Assembly: GCF_006345805.1 (NCBI RefSeq)
Contig: NC_043016.1
Span: 22,506,001 to 22,570,000, forward strand
Direction of reading: 5' to 3'
Source: Octopus sinensis
Lineage: Eukaryota
Length of the DNA stretch: 64,000 bases
The notes beneath the pieces were generated by a model, which ran no database searches, was not told where the DNA came from, and worked only from the letters and a program-made list of their open reading frames with translations. The translations under genes were made by a program, and so were the position numbers. Positions 24,789 to 36,213 of this stretch are shown here, piece after piece (the stretch's first letter is position 1; each line of letters opens with the position of its first letter).

Positions 24789-26227
24789 ATGTGAAGGGTT
24801 CTTTAGCCTCCAAATCCTTCTTTTCTGGATTGGTTTGTTTCTTGGAGTCCTTCTGGCCTCAAGCTTAAAGTCACTGATGATTAGTCTATGCTGAGGGATA
24901 CATTCTTCACCCGGGAGGGTCTTTGTATTCAAGAGCAACCCTACATCCCGCTGTCTGGTGAGGATGAAGTCTATTTGGCTAGCGGAGTCTCCTGACTGAT
25001 AAGTTATAAGGTGGCAGACTGGCTTCTTGAAGTTAGTGTTGCAGATTGAAAGGTTACATGCATCACAGAATTCCAGCAGTCTAGTTCCCTCATCATTTCT
25101 GGTGCCAATACCATGGCCACCATGTACCCCAGTGAAGATACCCGATTCCCGCCCAATATGCCCATTAAAATCTCCACCTACAAAGATGAGGTCCTTGCTA
25201 CTAGTCTTTGAAGTAGCCTGCAGAAGGGTATCATAAAAGTTGTCCTTCTGATCATTTGGTAGTCCCGCTTGTGGGGCATAGGCGGAGATAATCATAGCTG
25301 TGCCACTCTGTAGGACCAACCTGAGCTTAAGCACTCTATCGCAAACCCTGACAACCTCTCTGACCTTATCCACCCATTTCTCCGCAAGGAGAATGCCTAC
25401 ACCCCCTACACCTTCCACGTTACCTTGCCAGAAGTACCTAAGTGCCTTGCCCGTGAGGACCCTAGCTGAAGCACCTCTCCATCTTACCTCTTGTATGCAG
25501 CATACATCAACCTGTCTTCTCTCTAGCATCTCTACAATCTCACTAGACTTGCCTGTCAATGTACCAACATTGATAGTGCCAACTCTGAAAACTGGGAAGG
25601 AGATGTGGGGGGAGGGGGGGATTCAGCGCCTGAGAAGAGGAGGGTTGTTGTGGTGGTGATAGTTTTCGTGGCATTTTTCTTTTGATCTCTCTTCCGACCT
25701 GATCACGCCGTGGGCAGGAGCTGGTGTTAGCAGTGGTCATTCGTTATCGTCACTGAGTAACGTAATTAGGTAGCGTAGTAAGGAGGAAAAATACAGATAT
25801 TCTAGAGTTGAGTTGGGGGGGGGTCCAGCTGAGAAAGGTTTCACCAGTGAAAAGAGAGGGAGAGATAGTGGAGGGGTGCAGGTAATATAGGGGAGCACCA
25901 GTGGGGAAGGTTGGGGTAAGGAGGAACGATGGCAGGAAGGGTTGGTGCAGGTTCGTAAGAAATAAAAACGTAGGATATTACGAGGCGGGGAGGGGACTGG
26001 AAGGAGATAGTCGGATTGAGGCAGTGTCAGATTCAAAACAGGAGGAAGCGTAAGATCAGTGGGCGGTTGATGAGCTGTGGCGCTAGCAGCTTGTCTTTTC
26101 ACAGTGAAAGCATATGAGGAGAAGGGGTAGGAAGGGGTGGTGGGGGAGGAGGAGGAGGAGGGCGTATCCGGTGTAGATGGTGAGAACAATGTTCACCGGT
26201 ATTGGTGGTGGGGGTGGGAGGGCGGGC

Positions 26228-26635
26228 ACACCGCCGATGGCGGAAAGATGGAATTAAGGATTGAAGGTAGCCTTAAAGGCTAAATTTCGTAGAGAAAGAT
26301 AGGAAAGACAAATCAAGTTACTGTACAAGTTGAGACATTTAACAGTGGCAACGTATGAATGTATGTTGTAACAGCAAATGAATGTATGTTGTGCGATGTA
26401 CGGAAAAATAATAAGATAAATCTTTAAACTTGCTGTGGGCATCGACCGGAAGTTGAGTTGAAGAAGAAGCAAGTTGAATTGGGAATTTGTAATGGCGATT
26501 TTCAAGTTTGAGCAGCAGCAGAAGAAGAAGAAGAAGAAGAAAGACACCGCCGATGGCGGAAAGATGGAATTAAGGATTAAAGGCTAAATTTCGTAGAGAA
26601 AGATAGGAAAGACAAATCAAGTTACTGTACAAGTT

Positions 26636-26639
<4 letters not shown>
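26228..26639. repeat. ~100-bp direct repeat at the RTE 5' end
   Basis: acaccgccgatggcggaaagatgg..gttactgtacaagttgaga at 26228 and 26544. Confidence 0.85.
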
Positions 26640-26704
<65 letters not shown>

Positions 26705-26714
<10 letters not shown>

Positions 26715-27118
26715 TAGAAGTAAATATATGGCACATCGAAGTACCGATATTTACTGGAAATAACGAACGTAATAATACGACGCTAATGTATAGCTTCACC
26801 GCATATGTACTAGCAAAAATGCGTGAGTGCAACAAACTTGAAAAAAATTGTCTTACCTCCAGGGAGAACATCTGAAAGATGAAATACCTAGAAAAGGATG
26901 ACGTGGGACCGGAGTCAGTTTCAGATTTTTCAAGATATGCCTGCACACATATACTTGATCTATCTTCATCAGCCAAACATATATCACGACAACATTTCAG
27001 ATGTTACCACATTAATGCCAATACACTCGACTGAAACGCCAAAACGCTAACAGAACGAGAATGGTGAAGAAGTTTCAATAAAATTAGTAATGCAATACGA
27101 GAGTATTGCCTTTCTAGT
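26705..27118 (+). mobile_element. Possible non-autonomous Helitron/Helentron remnant
   Basis: Terminal hairpin gcaatac-gaga-gtattgc followed by ctttCTAG|T; 5' end not identified. Confidence 0.35.
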
Positions 27119-27625
27119 AAAGAATAGCCCGTGAGGGAAAATTATTTATATATATCAATATTATATATATATATTTATATATATCAATATTGTATATATA
27201 TATATATATTTATATATATTAATATTATATATACATATATACTCTTTTACTCTTTTACTTGTTTCAGTCATTTGACTGCGGCCATGCTGGAGCACCGCCT
27301 TTAGTCGAGCAAATCGACCCCGGAACTTATTCTTTGTAAGCCCAGTACTTATTCTATCTGTCTCTTTTGCCGAACCGCTAAGTGACGGGGACGTAAACAC
27401 ACCAGCATCGGTTGTCAAGCAATGCTAGGGGGACAAACCCAGACACACAAACACACACACGCATATACATATATATACATATATATGACAGGCTTCTTTC
27501 AGTTTCCGTCTACCAAATCCACTCACAAGGCATTGGTCGGCCCGGGGCTATAGCAGAAGACACTTGCCCAAGATGCCACGCAGTGGGACTGAACCCGGAA
27601 CCATTTGGTTGGTTAGCAAGCTACT

Positions 27626-29784
27626 TAATTTTATTTAATTTGCCACAAGGGCAGTACACAGAGAGTAGCTTCGCGGGCTGGATATAGACATTAATGAATG
27701 ATGGTGATGGAATGAAGATGGTGATGGGAGAAAACGAAAGTGCCCGCTGACCCCCGCTTCTCTAAGACAATGTTCATTTTTTCAATAAGTTCAAAAATGT
27801 TCTTTTTTTCAATAAGTTCAAAAATGTTCTTTTTTTCAAAAATTTCACAAAAATTTCAAACTTTTACAAATTTCACATGAGGCACTTAACCTCTTTCTTT
27901 CATTTAATTTGCCACAAGGGCGGCACATAAATTCACAACAATTCTCCCTGTCAGGTCCCCGAAGCAAAGTGACTTGCCGCCTGCAGACAACTCTGCGATG
28001 ACAAGTCGAGGCCTGCAAAGAGAAAAGTAAATTCTTTCCTGTCAAAGGTCGCTGCGACCCTTGACAACATGTTTTCTGTTACTACCTCCGCAGCCACCTG
28101 CTGAGGCCATAACGGACTACTTGAGCCGACCTTGGCCATACGTTCTCGGTCACCCAAGCCATTCAAAAATTTTTCCACCTTCCCTCCCTTGTGGTAAAGG
28201 AGGATAAACAACTCCTCTTCACAGGAAGGGACCTCACACTGATCCGTCAGTGGCACACTTCCCACTGACGGAGCCCTGTCTGCGGGTGGCACACGTCCCA
28301 CCCGCGCTCCGTTGGCGACCCAGAAACATCAGCCGTCTGACCTCTTTTTCTCTTTTTCCTCTTTTTTAGAGGATGCTAGCCTGGGGGGCTCCGTCGGCAG
28401 ACGCGGGGGGTCGCTATCCTCCTCCTCCGTCTGTGCGTTCTTTGGTGAGCAACCATTGTTGCTCACCTGTCTTTTTCTTTTCGTGGAGGCAACTTCCTCC
28501 ACCACTTCAACCGTCTCCCCCTCCACTGAGGGGGCGTCAGGCACCTTTTCCTTTTCATGCTCCGGGGCACCACCACGGCCCCCAGGACAGTTCCTCTTGA
28601 TATGTCCAGGCTCCAGGCACAGGTGACACTTGGGGGGGCGTCCCTCAAGCATCACCAGATACTTGGACCCGGCCATCCTCAAGAAATCCAGAAAAACCAG
28701 ACTTTTGGCTGATTGGGTCCACAGGATCAACACCGCTTTCGCCCCCTCCCAATCAGCCGCAGGCAGTACTTTTACATTCAGAAGCTTGGAACTGCTACCG
28801 TCCAGACCCCGGCGGATAGAATCCTCTATCCACTCGGGTTCAACGCCGGGTGGTAAGCCGCAGATCCAGGCTCTCAATAATTTTTCCCCCTTGTAATTTG
28901 GGAGAAACAATATTTGTTTGCCCTCAATGGGCTGGCTTGCAAAATCGCAAGCTTCTTTTGGGGAGTCAAATAGCAACCAAACCGTTGCGTATTTCACTCC
29001 CCATGCGATAAATTTAACGGCTGGCATGTAATCCGCCAGCTCGTTCAGTATGGTAGCCTTTGGGAAGACTGCTGTGGTGTCGAGCGACTTCAAATAAGTC
29101 CTCAAAACCACGGTCTTCTCCTCCAGCTCTTTTAAATACTTATTGGGAGGTGTCAATTCCCACACAGTAAATTCCTTTGCCATGTTAACATAAAGTTCAA
29201 TAACAGTTCAAAATGTAATAACATAAAGTAAGACACCAAAAGGAGAATGAAAACACAACAGAAGAGAAGAAACAAAATTAGAAATAGCAGTTCAAAAACG
29301 TTCTTTTTTTAAAAATAAATGATAGCTCGAAGAAGAGAGTTCAAATCCAGACAAAGGAATTAATTTTTTTTTCTTTTTTCTTTTTTCTCTTTTTTCGGCC
29401 AAAAAAAAGGTACTCCAGGCCAAATGTCCAGCTGGTAAAACAACTTGCAAAAAGAATCCTTGGTACTCCGTGGTAAATCCAGTGGAAAACACAAAGACAA
29501 TTTCAAAACACATTAATTTTTGCAGAGGGATTACGCCTCTTCAAAAACACAATTCTCACTGCAAAGTGAGTCTTTACACTCGACCACAGACAGGAAAAAT
29601 TTCCGGAGCAAAGTGAAGTCTATTACTTGCTAAAAATTATTAAATGCAAAGCAATAAACTTCACTAAGCCCCTAAATAAAATTCAACAAATGCCTACCTG
29701 TAGTCGAGTTTCAAAAATTCAACATTTCATGTCGAAAGACGTGACAGCTGGCAGCTGCCAAAAAACATGTCCGAACACGTCGAT
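27626..29784 (-). mobile_element. Family A copy A3 (2.16 kb, ORF1-only)
   Basis: TSD GGTTAGCAAGCTACT at 27611-27625 and 29785-29799; ORF 28329-29183 with C-terminal domain at 27951-28301. Confidence 0.92.
28329..29183 (-). CDS. Tx1-like ORF1 protein with CCHC zinc knuckle (A3, N-terminal part)
   Basis: 284 aa; KCHLCLEPGHIKRNC (CX2CX4HX4C); LPNYKG motif; Lys-rich tail. Confidence 0.85.
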   Translation of the reverse strand: MAKEFTVWELTPPNKYLKELEEKTVVLRTYLKSLDTTAVFPKATILNELADYMPAVKFIAWGVKYATVWLLFDSPKEACDFASQPIEGKQILFLPNYKGEKLLRAWICGLPPGVEPEWIEDSIRRGLDGSSSKLLNVKVLPAADWEGAKAVLILWTQSAKSLVFLDFLRMAGSKYLVMLEGRPPKCHLCLEPGHIKRNCPGGRGGAPEHEKEKVPDAPSVEGETVEVVEEVASTKRKRQVSNNGCSPKNAQTEEEDSDPPRLPTEPPRLASSKKEEKEKKRSDG

Positions 29785-29799
29785 GGTTAGCAAGCTACT

Positions 29800-31840
29800 T
29801 TATTTCATAAAATTTGCCACTAGGGCAGTATACAGAGTAGTTGCGGGCTGGACAAAAAACATTAATGAATGATGGTGATGGATGAAGATGGTGATGGGAG
29901 AAGACGAAAGCGCCCGCCGACTTTCGCTTCTCTAAGACATTGTTCAAAATTTGACAAAAAAATTCAATAAATTATTACAAATTTTAAAAGAGGCAATAAA
30001 CCTCTTTTTCAGTATAATAAAAAATGTTCAATGGGCCTATGTAACCCGGCCGACCATCGCTCTTGCCTCACCGAGGCAATAATCGCTGGTCAGGCAGTGG
30101 TCCAAAGGTATAATTTGGAATGAGTGCATCGGGAAGGAACCCACGATCCTGCCTAGATTACCCCTCCCTATGACCTCCGCAGCCAGCTGCGAAGGCCACT
30201 CGGTGTCCTCCGTGCAGGACCGAAGTCCCTCCTAATGGCCTCTCTTTTTCATTTTACGCACTGTATCTTCCACCGCTCCTCCTTTGAAAAAGAGGAGGAC
30301 AAATTTTTCCACAAATTGTCCCTCAGGCGGCACACCTGCGTGAGAAGACCCAGGAGATGCCATCTGCGTATCACAATCCGCCGGCGGCGTTCCGTTTCTC
30401 TTTTTTTTTCTTCTTTTTGCCTTGGGCCACGGGAGGTTGAGGTTCCGGAGTTGCACACACCGGGTTCTCTTCTCCCGCAGTTTCCAGGTCTTTTGGTGGG
30501 TTGCCATTGATCCCCACCTTTCTTTTTCTTTTGGAGGAAGTCTTTGCTTCCTCATTCTGTTTCTCTCCCTCCATTGGGGGGGGGGGCAGGGAGAGGCTCC
30601 GATATCAACTGCTCCAGGATCCTACTCTGGTCCCTGGGGCAGTTCTTCTTAATGTGGCCGGTCTCCAGACACAGGTGACACTTGGGGGGGCGTCCCTCAA
30701 GCAACACCGGATACCTGTACCCGGCGATCCTCAGAAAGTCCGGCAAGACCAGACTTTTGGCTGATTGGGTCCATAGGGTCAATGTGGCTTTTGACCCCTC
30801 CCAATCAGCCGCAGGCTGTTTTTTCACATTTAGGAGCTTGGCGCTGCTACCACCCAGACCCCGGCGGATAGAGTCCTCTATCCACTCGGGTTCAATGCCA
30901 GGTGGTAGGTCGCAGATCCACGCTCTCAGAAATTTTTCACCCTTGTAGTTAGGGAGAAACAAAATCTCCTTGCCCTCAATGGGCTTGCTTGCAAATTCGC
31001 AAGCTGCTTTAGGGGAGTCAAACAGCAACCAAACCGTTGCGTATTTTACTCCCCGTGCAATGTATTTAACGGCTGGCATATAGTCTGCCAGCTCGTTAAT
31101 GATAGTTGCCTTCGGAAAAACAGCGATGGTGTTGAGCGACTTTGAATAAGTCCTCAACACCACAGTCTTGTCCTCTAGCTGCTTCAAGTATTTTTTGGGA
31201 GGTTCTAGGTCCCACACAATAAGTTCCTTTGCCATTTTGTAACGGAATTCAATAAAAGTTCAACAGGTGTAAAAATAAATGCAATAGAAAGAGTGAGAAG
31301 AGAAAACACAACAGAAGAGAAGAATTACAATAAAAATGACAGTTCAAAAAGAGTTCTTTTTAAATAAAAGATAGCTGGAAGGAAGAGAGTTCAAATTTGG
31401 CAAAGGAATTAATTTTTTGGCCGAAAAGGTACTCCTGGCCAAGCGTCGAAACAATCCTTGGTTACTCTTGGTGCTTCTTGGTATATCCCAAAAAACAGTC
31501 CTTGAATATCCTTGGTGCTTCTTGGTAAATCCAATTTGAATTAATTTTTGAGGAGGGGCTACGCCTCCTCAAAAAACACAATTCTCATTGCAAAGTGAGT
31601 CTTTATACCCGCAACAGGCAGGAAAAAATACCTGGAGCAAAGTGAAGTCTATTACCTGCTAAAAAATTTTAATGCTAAATAACATTAAATGCTAAAAACA
31701 TTAAAAGCAAGCAATAAACCTCACTAAGCTCCTAAAAATATAAAACGCCTACCTGTCGTCGAGTCAAAAAGTTCAACAAAAGTTCAATAATTCACGTAGC
31801 AACACGTGACATTTGGAGCAGCCAAAAAAACACGTCTGTC
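29800..31840 (-). mobile_element. Family A copy A4 (2.04 kb, ORF1-only)
   Basis: ORF 30552-31235 (KCHLCLETGHIKKNC); right junction TGGTAAGAAGCTACT at 31841-31855. Confidence 0.92.
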
Positions 31841-31855
31841 TGGTAAGAAGCTACT

Positions 31856-34528
31856 TTATTTTATTTAATTTGCCACAAGGGCAGTACACAGATAGTAGCT
31901 ACAGGCTGGACATAGACATTAATGAATGATGGTGATGGAATGAAGATGGTGATGGGAGAAGACGAAAGCGCCTGCCGACTTCCGCTTCTCTAAGACATTG
32001 TTCTTTTTTCAATAATTTCACAAAATTTCCAAAATTTCACAAAAATTCCAAAATTTCACAAAAATTCCAAATTTTACAAATTACAAATTCAAAAATGTTT
32101 CCAGAGGCAATAAACCTCTATCTCAATATAATACAAAAACAAGTTCACGTTACTCGGCCGATGAACGCTCTTGCTTTATTGACGCAATCGTTCCTCGTCA
32201 GGCCCCCGCATACAGGTATAAATTGAAAGGACTCCTCCGGGAGAGAATTCTCGATCCTGCACCGATCGTTATGGAATAGGAACTCTGCAGCCAGCTGCGA
32301 AGGCCACTCGGGATCCTCCATGCAGGACCGAAGTCCCTCCCATTGGCTTCTCTTCCTCATTTTACATGTTTCATTTTCTAATATTCCTCCTTTGTAGAAG
32401 AGGATTACATAATATTTCTCCGGATACACAAGTGCCGGAGGAGACATGAGTCACGCCGTCTGCGTGTTACAATCCGCTGGCGGTGTTCCGTTTCTCTTCT
32501 TTCTTTTTTTCTTTTTACCGTGGGCCATGGGAGGTTGAGGTTCCGGTGTTGCACACGCTGGGTCCACTCTTTCTCCCGTAGCTTCCGGGTCTTTTAGTGG
32601 GTCACCATTGTTCCCCACTTTTCATTTTCTCGTTGAGGAAGTCACCGCTTCCTCGTACTGTTTCTCTCCCTCCATTTGGGGGGCAGGGAGAGGTTCCGAT
32701 ATCAACTTCTCCAGGATCCTACTTTGGTCCCTGGGGCAGTTCTTCTTAATGTGGCCGGTCTCCAGGCACAGGTGACACTTGGGGGGGCGTCCCTCAAGCA
32801 TCACCGGATACTTGGACCCGGCCATCCTCAAAAAGTCCGGAAAAACCAGACTTTTGGCTGACTGGGTCCATAGGGTCAAAACAGCTTTTGACCCCTCCCA
32901 ATCAGCCGCAGGCTGTACTTTTACGTTCAGTAGCTTGGAACTGCTACCATCCAAGCCCCGGCGGATAGAGTCCTCTATCCACTCGGGCTCAACGCCTGGT
33001 GGTAAGCCGCAGATCCAAGCTCTCAACAATTTTTCTCCCTTGTAATTTGGGAGAAACAATATTTGTTTGCCCTCAATGGGCTGGCTTGCAAATTCGCAAG
33101 CTGCTTTAGGGGAGTCAAATAGCAACGAAACCGTTGCGTATTTAACTCTTCGTGCAATAAATTTAACGGCTGGCATGTAGTCTGCCAGCTCGTTTAAAAT
33201 AGTAGCCTTTGGGAAGACTGCTATGGTGTCGAGCGACTTCGAGTATGTCCTCAGCACCACGGATTTTTCATCTAGCTTATTCAAATATTTTTTGGGAGGT
33301 GTCAATTCCCACACAGTGAATTTCTTTGCCATAACGTAAGGTTTAAAAACCGTTCAAAATGTAATAAAGTGACACTTGGGGGGGGGGCGTCCCTCAAGCA
33401 TCACCGGATACTTGGACCCGGCCATCCTCAAAAAGTCCGGAAAAACCAGACTTTTGGCTGACTGGGTCCATAGGGTCAAAAGCTGTTTTGACCCCTCCCA
33501 ATCAGCTGCAGGCTGTACTTTTACGTTCAGTAGCTTGGAACTGCTACCATCCAAGCCCCGGCGGATAGAGTCCTCTATCCACTCGGGCTCAACGCCTGGT
33601 GGTAAGCCGCAGATCCAAGCTCTCAACAATTTTTCTCCCTTGTAATTTGGGAGAAACAATATTTGTTTGCCCTCAATGGGCTGGCTTGCAAATTCGCAAG
33701 CTGCTTTAGGGGAGTCAAATAGCAACGAAACCGTTGCGTATTTAACTCTTCGTGCAATAAATTTAACGGCTGGCATGTAGTCTGCCAGCTCGTTTAAAAT
33801 AGTAGCCTTTGGGAAGACTGCTATGGTGTCGAGCGACTTCGAGTATGTCCTCAGCACCACGGTTTTTTCATCTAGCTCATTCAAATATTTTTTGGGAGGT
33901 GTCAATTTCCACACAGTGAATTTCTTTGCCATAACGTAAGGTTTAAAAACTGTTCAAATGTAATAAAGTAAATAAGACACAAAAAGGAGAATGAAAAACA
34001 CAACAGAAGGGAAGAAACAAAATTAGAAATAGCAGTTCAAAAAAAGTTCTTTTTCTTTTAAAAATAAATGATAGACGGAGGAAAAGAGTTCAAATCCAGA
34101 CAAAGGAATGAATTTTTTCTGTTTTTTTCTTTTCACATTTTTCGGCCAAAAAATGGTATTCCAGGCCAAATGTTCAACTGGTAAAACTTCTTGATAAAAT
34201 AATCCTTGGTACTCCTTGGTAATTCCCGTGGATAACACAAAGACAATTTCAAAAAACAATTTTTGCAGACGGACTACGCCGCTTCAAAAATACAATTCTC
34301 ACTGCAAAGTGAGTCTTTACACTCGACAACAGGCAGAAAAATTATATCTGGAGCAAAGTGGAGTTTATTATCTGCTAAAAAATATTAAATGCTAAAAAAC
34401 ATTAAATGCAAGCAATAAACTTCACTAAGCTCCCAAAACTACAAAACGCTTACCTGTAGTCGAGTCAAAAGTTCAACAATTCACGTTGAAACACGTGACA
34501 ACTGGCAGCTGCCAAAAAACACGTCAGA
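31856..34528 (-). mobile_element. Family A copy A5, with a ~600-bp internal tandem duplication
   Basis: ORFs 32622-33332 and 33354-33932 are near-identical; C-terminal domain at 32145-32447; TSD at 34529-34543. Confidence 0.92.
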
Positions 34529-34550
34529 GGTTAGCAAGCTACTTACCACA

Positions 34551-34706
34551 CAGCCACTCCTGCGCCTACAGCCACTCCTGCGCCTACAGCCACTCCTGCG
34601 CCTACAGCCACTCCTGCGCCTACAGCCACTCCTGCACCTACAGCCACTCCTGCGCCTACAGCCACTCCTGCGCCTACAGCCACTCCTGCGCCTACAGCCA
34701 CTCCTG
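34551..34706. repeat. 18-bp tandem repeat (cagccactcctgcgccta) x9, last unit partial
   Basis: The unit is the first 18 nt of the SINE head read on the minus strand. Confidence 0.95.
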
Positions 34707-34729
34707 CTGTATATATTTATATATATATC

Positions 34730-35154
34730 ATCATCATCATCATCGTTTAACGTCCGTTCTCCATGCTAGCATGGGTTGGACGGTTCGACCGGGGATCTGG
34801 GAAGCCAGAAGGCTGCACCAGGCTCCAGTCTTATCTGGCAATGTTTCTACAGCTGGATGCCCTCCTAACGCCAACCACTCCGTGAGTGTAGTGGGTGCTT
34901 TTTACGTGCCACCTGCACATGTAGAAACTTCTGGTATTGGTGGAGGGGGTGGGAGGGCGGGCGAACCTCGAAGCAACGAGTTTGAATATAAATCGTAGGA
35001 ACAACGAGTTTGTTTGAATATAATTCGTAGGAACTCTTAAAAATATGAATGAAACGGGTTGAAAGTTAAAGTCTTAGCTGGCCATTTTTCTGAAAATCCG
35101 TGTTTTGTCAGGAAGATGCAGCGAGTATGAGGGAGGGAATACGATCGTCCGCTG

Positions 35155-35158
<4 letters not shown>
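34730..35158 (-). mobile_element. Short non-autonomous RTE derivative
   Basis: 34730-34920 is the RTE 3' end with (GAT)n tail; 34933-34962 matches RTE 5' region 26198-26227; (TA)n flanks. Confidence 0.65.
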
Positions 35159-35213
<55 letters not shown>

Positions 35214-35399
35214 TTATATATATCAATATTATATATATATTTATATATATCAATATTATATATATATATTTATCTATGTCAATATTATATATATTTATAT
35301 ATATAATGGCAGTGCCCAGCATGGCCACAGCTTGTGAGCTGAAACTAGATAAAAATAAAAAAAAAAAAAAAAAAAAATATCAATATTATATATATATAT

Positions 35400-36000
35400 T
35401 TATATGTGTATATTGGCAGGGCTTACTGCTAGGGAGTCGGCCATATGCTAGAAATAGACCATCAACGGTCAAACTACAAGGAAATTCTCTAGAGGAAAAA
35501 TACAGCGAACACCAGAACCAATTTTGGCGGGCATGACAGATGAAAATTTATATAAAAAACAGAATTAAATGCATTCCTCGGTTTCAGCCTTAACAAAAGA
35601 ATTACTTATGCAATCCAAATATCCGTGCTTCTTCAGTGCATCCGTTCATAGTAATGTAAACGGAAAAGCTAACCCCAGCTTTCGTGCCGGTACAGACACG
35701 TGTGTAGCTTTACCGATTACACTAGTGATAAAATTTCAAATGTCTTGGCTCTGGCGCGCTAATAAATTTATGAGGCGAAGGGCTGCAGTAAATAATTCAC
35801 TGCGGTTCGTGCCTAAAATTTTATTTTAATACTTACTATATTAGTTCTAAATTTCTCTTCTACACGTGTTTCATGAGGTGCATTTAACGTTCCCTAGACA
35901 CTCAATGTTTCACAGAAACATATCTTAACTGCAACCCCAATCATCAGGACTCTTGATAAATTTATTATAACACAATAACTATTTCTATATTTTAATATTT
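35400..36000 (-). mobile_element. PLE 3'-end relic with degenerate hammerhead (35569-35641)
   Basis: EEKF..NRSELFT GIY-YIG-type tail; atgca CTGAAGA agc..gct GAAA CCGAG GAA tgcat. Confidence 0.5.
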
Positions 36001-36213
36001 TAACAGTTACGAATGTAACTAACAGACAAATATGCGTGTGTGAAGATAAATTCGCCGAACCTTGCTGTGCAAGCTATAATTTAATTGATTAAAAATTTAC
36101 AAAACTAAATTCAAACGTGACTTATGCCTATAAACATGCATATAAATTAATAATATGTAGGAATGAAGAAAATTATAATATAATAATGAAAAGAATGTGT
36201 AATAGTGATGATA

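Larger units (their letters stand above)
20842..26640 (-). mobile_element. RTE-clade LINE (APE endonuclease and RT), with RT core deleted and a nested insertion
   Basis: EN at 24794-25559 (VDVCCIQEVRWRG, GGDFNGHIG); linker 22108-23010; deletion at ~22191 (NYRGIKL|SP); C-terminus 21072-22058; (GAT)n tail at 20842; (TA)-rich flanks. Confidence 0.9.
27240..34568 (-). mobile_element. tRNA-derived SINE copy 2, split by three family-A elements (body 27240-27625, head from 34544)
   Basis: taggcgcaggagtggctgtgtggta^agtagcttgctaacc..ggttccgggttcagtcccac..cttgggcaagtg; (AAGAGTA)n tail. Confidence 0.9.

Noticed and set aside
28329-29183. LTR-retrotransposon gag or a domesticated host CCHC gene
   Set aside because: No LTRs or primer-binding site; the A-rich 3' ends, TSDs, a 5'-truncated copy and similarity to Tx1 ORF1 point to a non-LTR origin.
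29785-29799. GGTTAGCAAGCTACT as a terminal repeat of family A
   Set aside because: It changes with the host site (CTTCT at 6.7-9.5 kb, CTGCATAGCCTTCT at 14.7 kb), so it is target-derived.
30552-30600. Programmed frameshift between ORF1 N- and C-terminal parts
   Set aside because: Breaks fall at different positions in different copies, often in homopolymers; decay or sequencing error is more likely.
34551-34706. CRISPR-like array or SHSCAY repeat protein
   Set aside because: The units are contiguous with no unique spacers, the context is eukaryotic, and the unit is the SINE 5' end.
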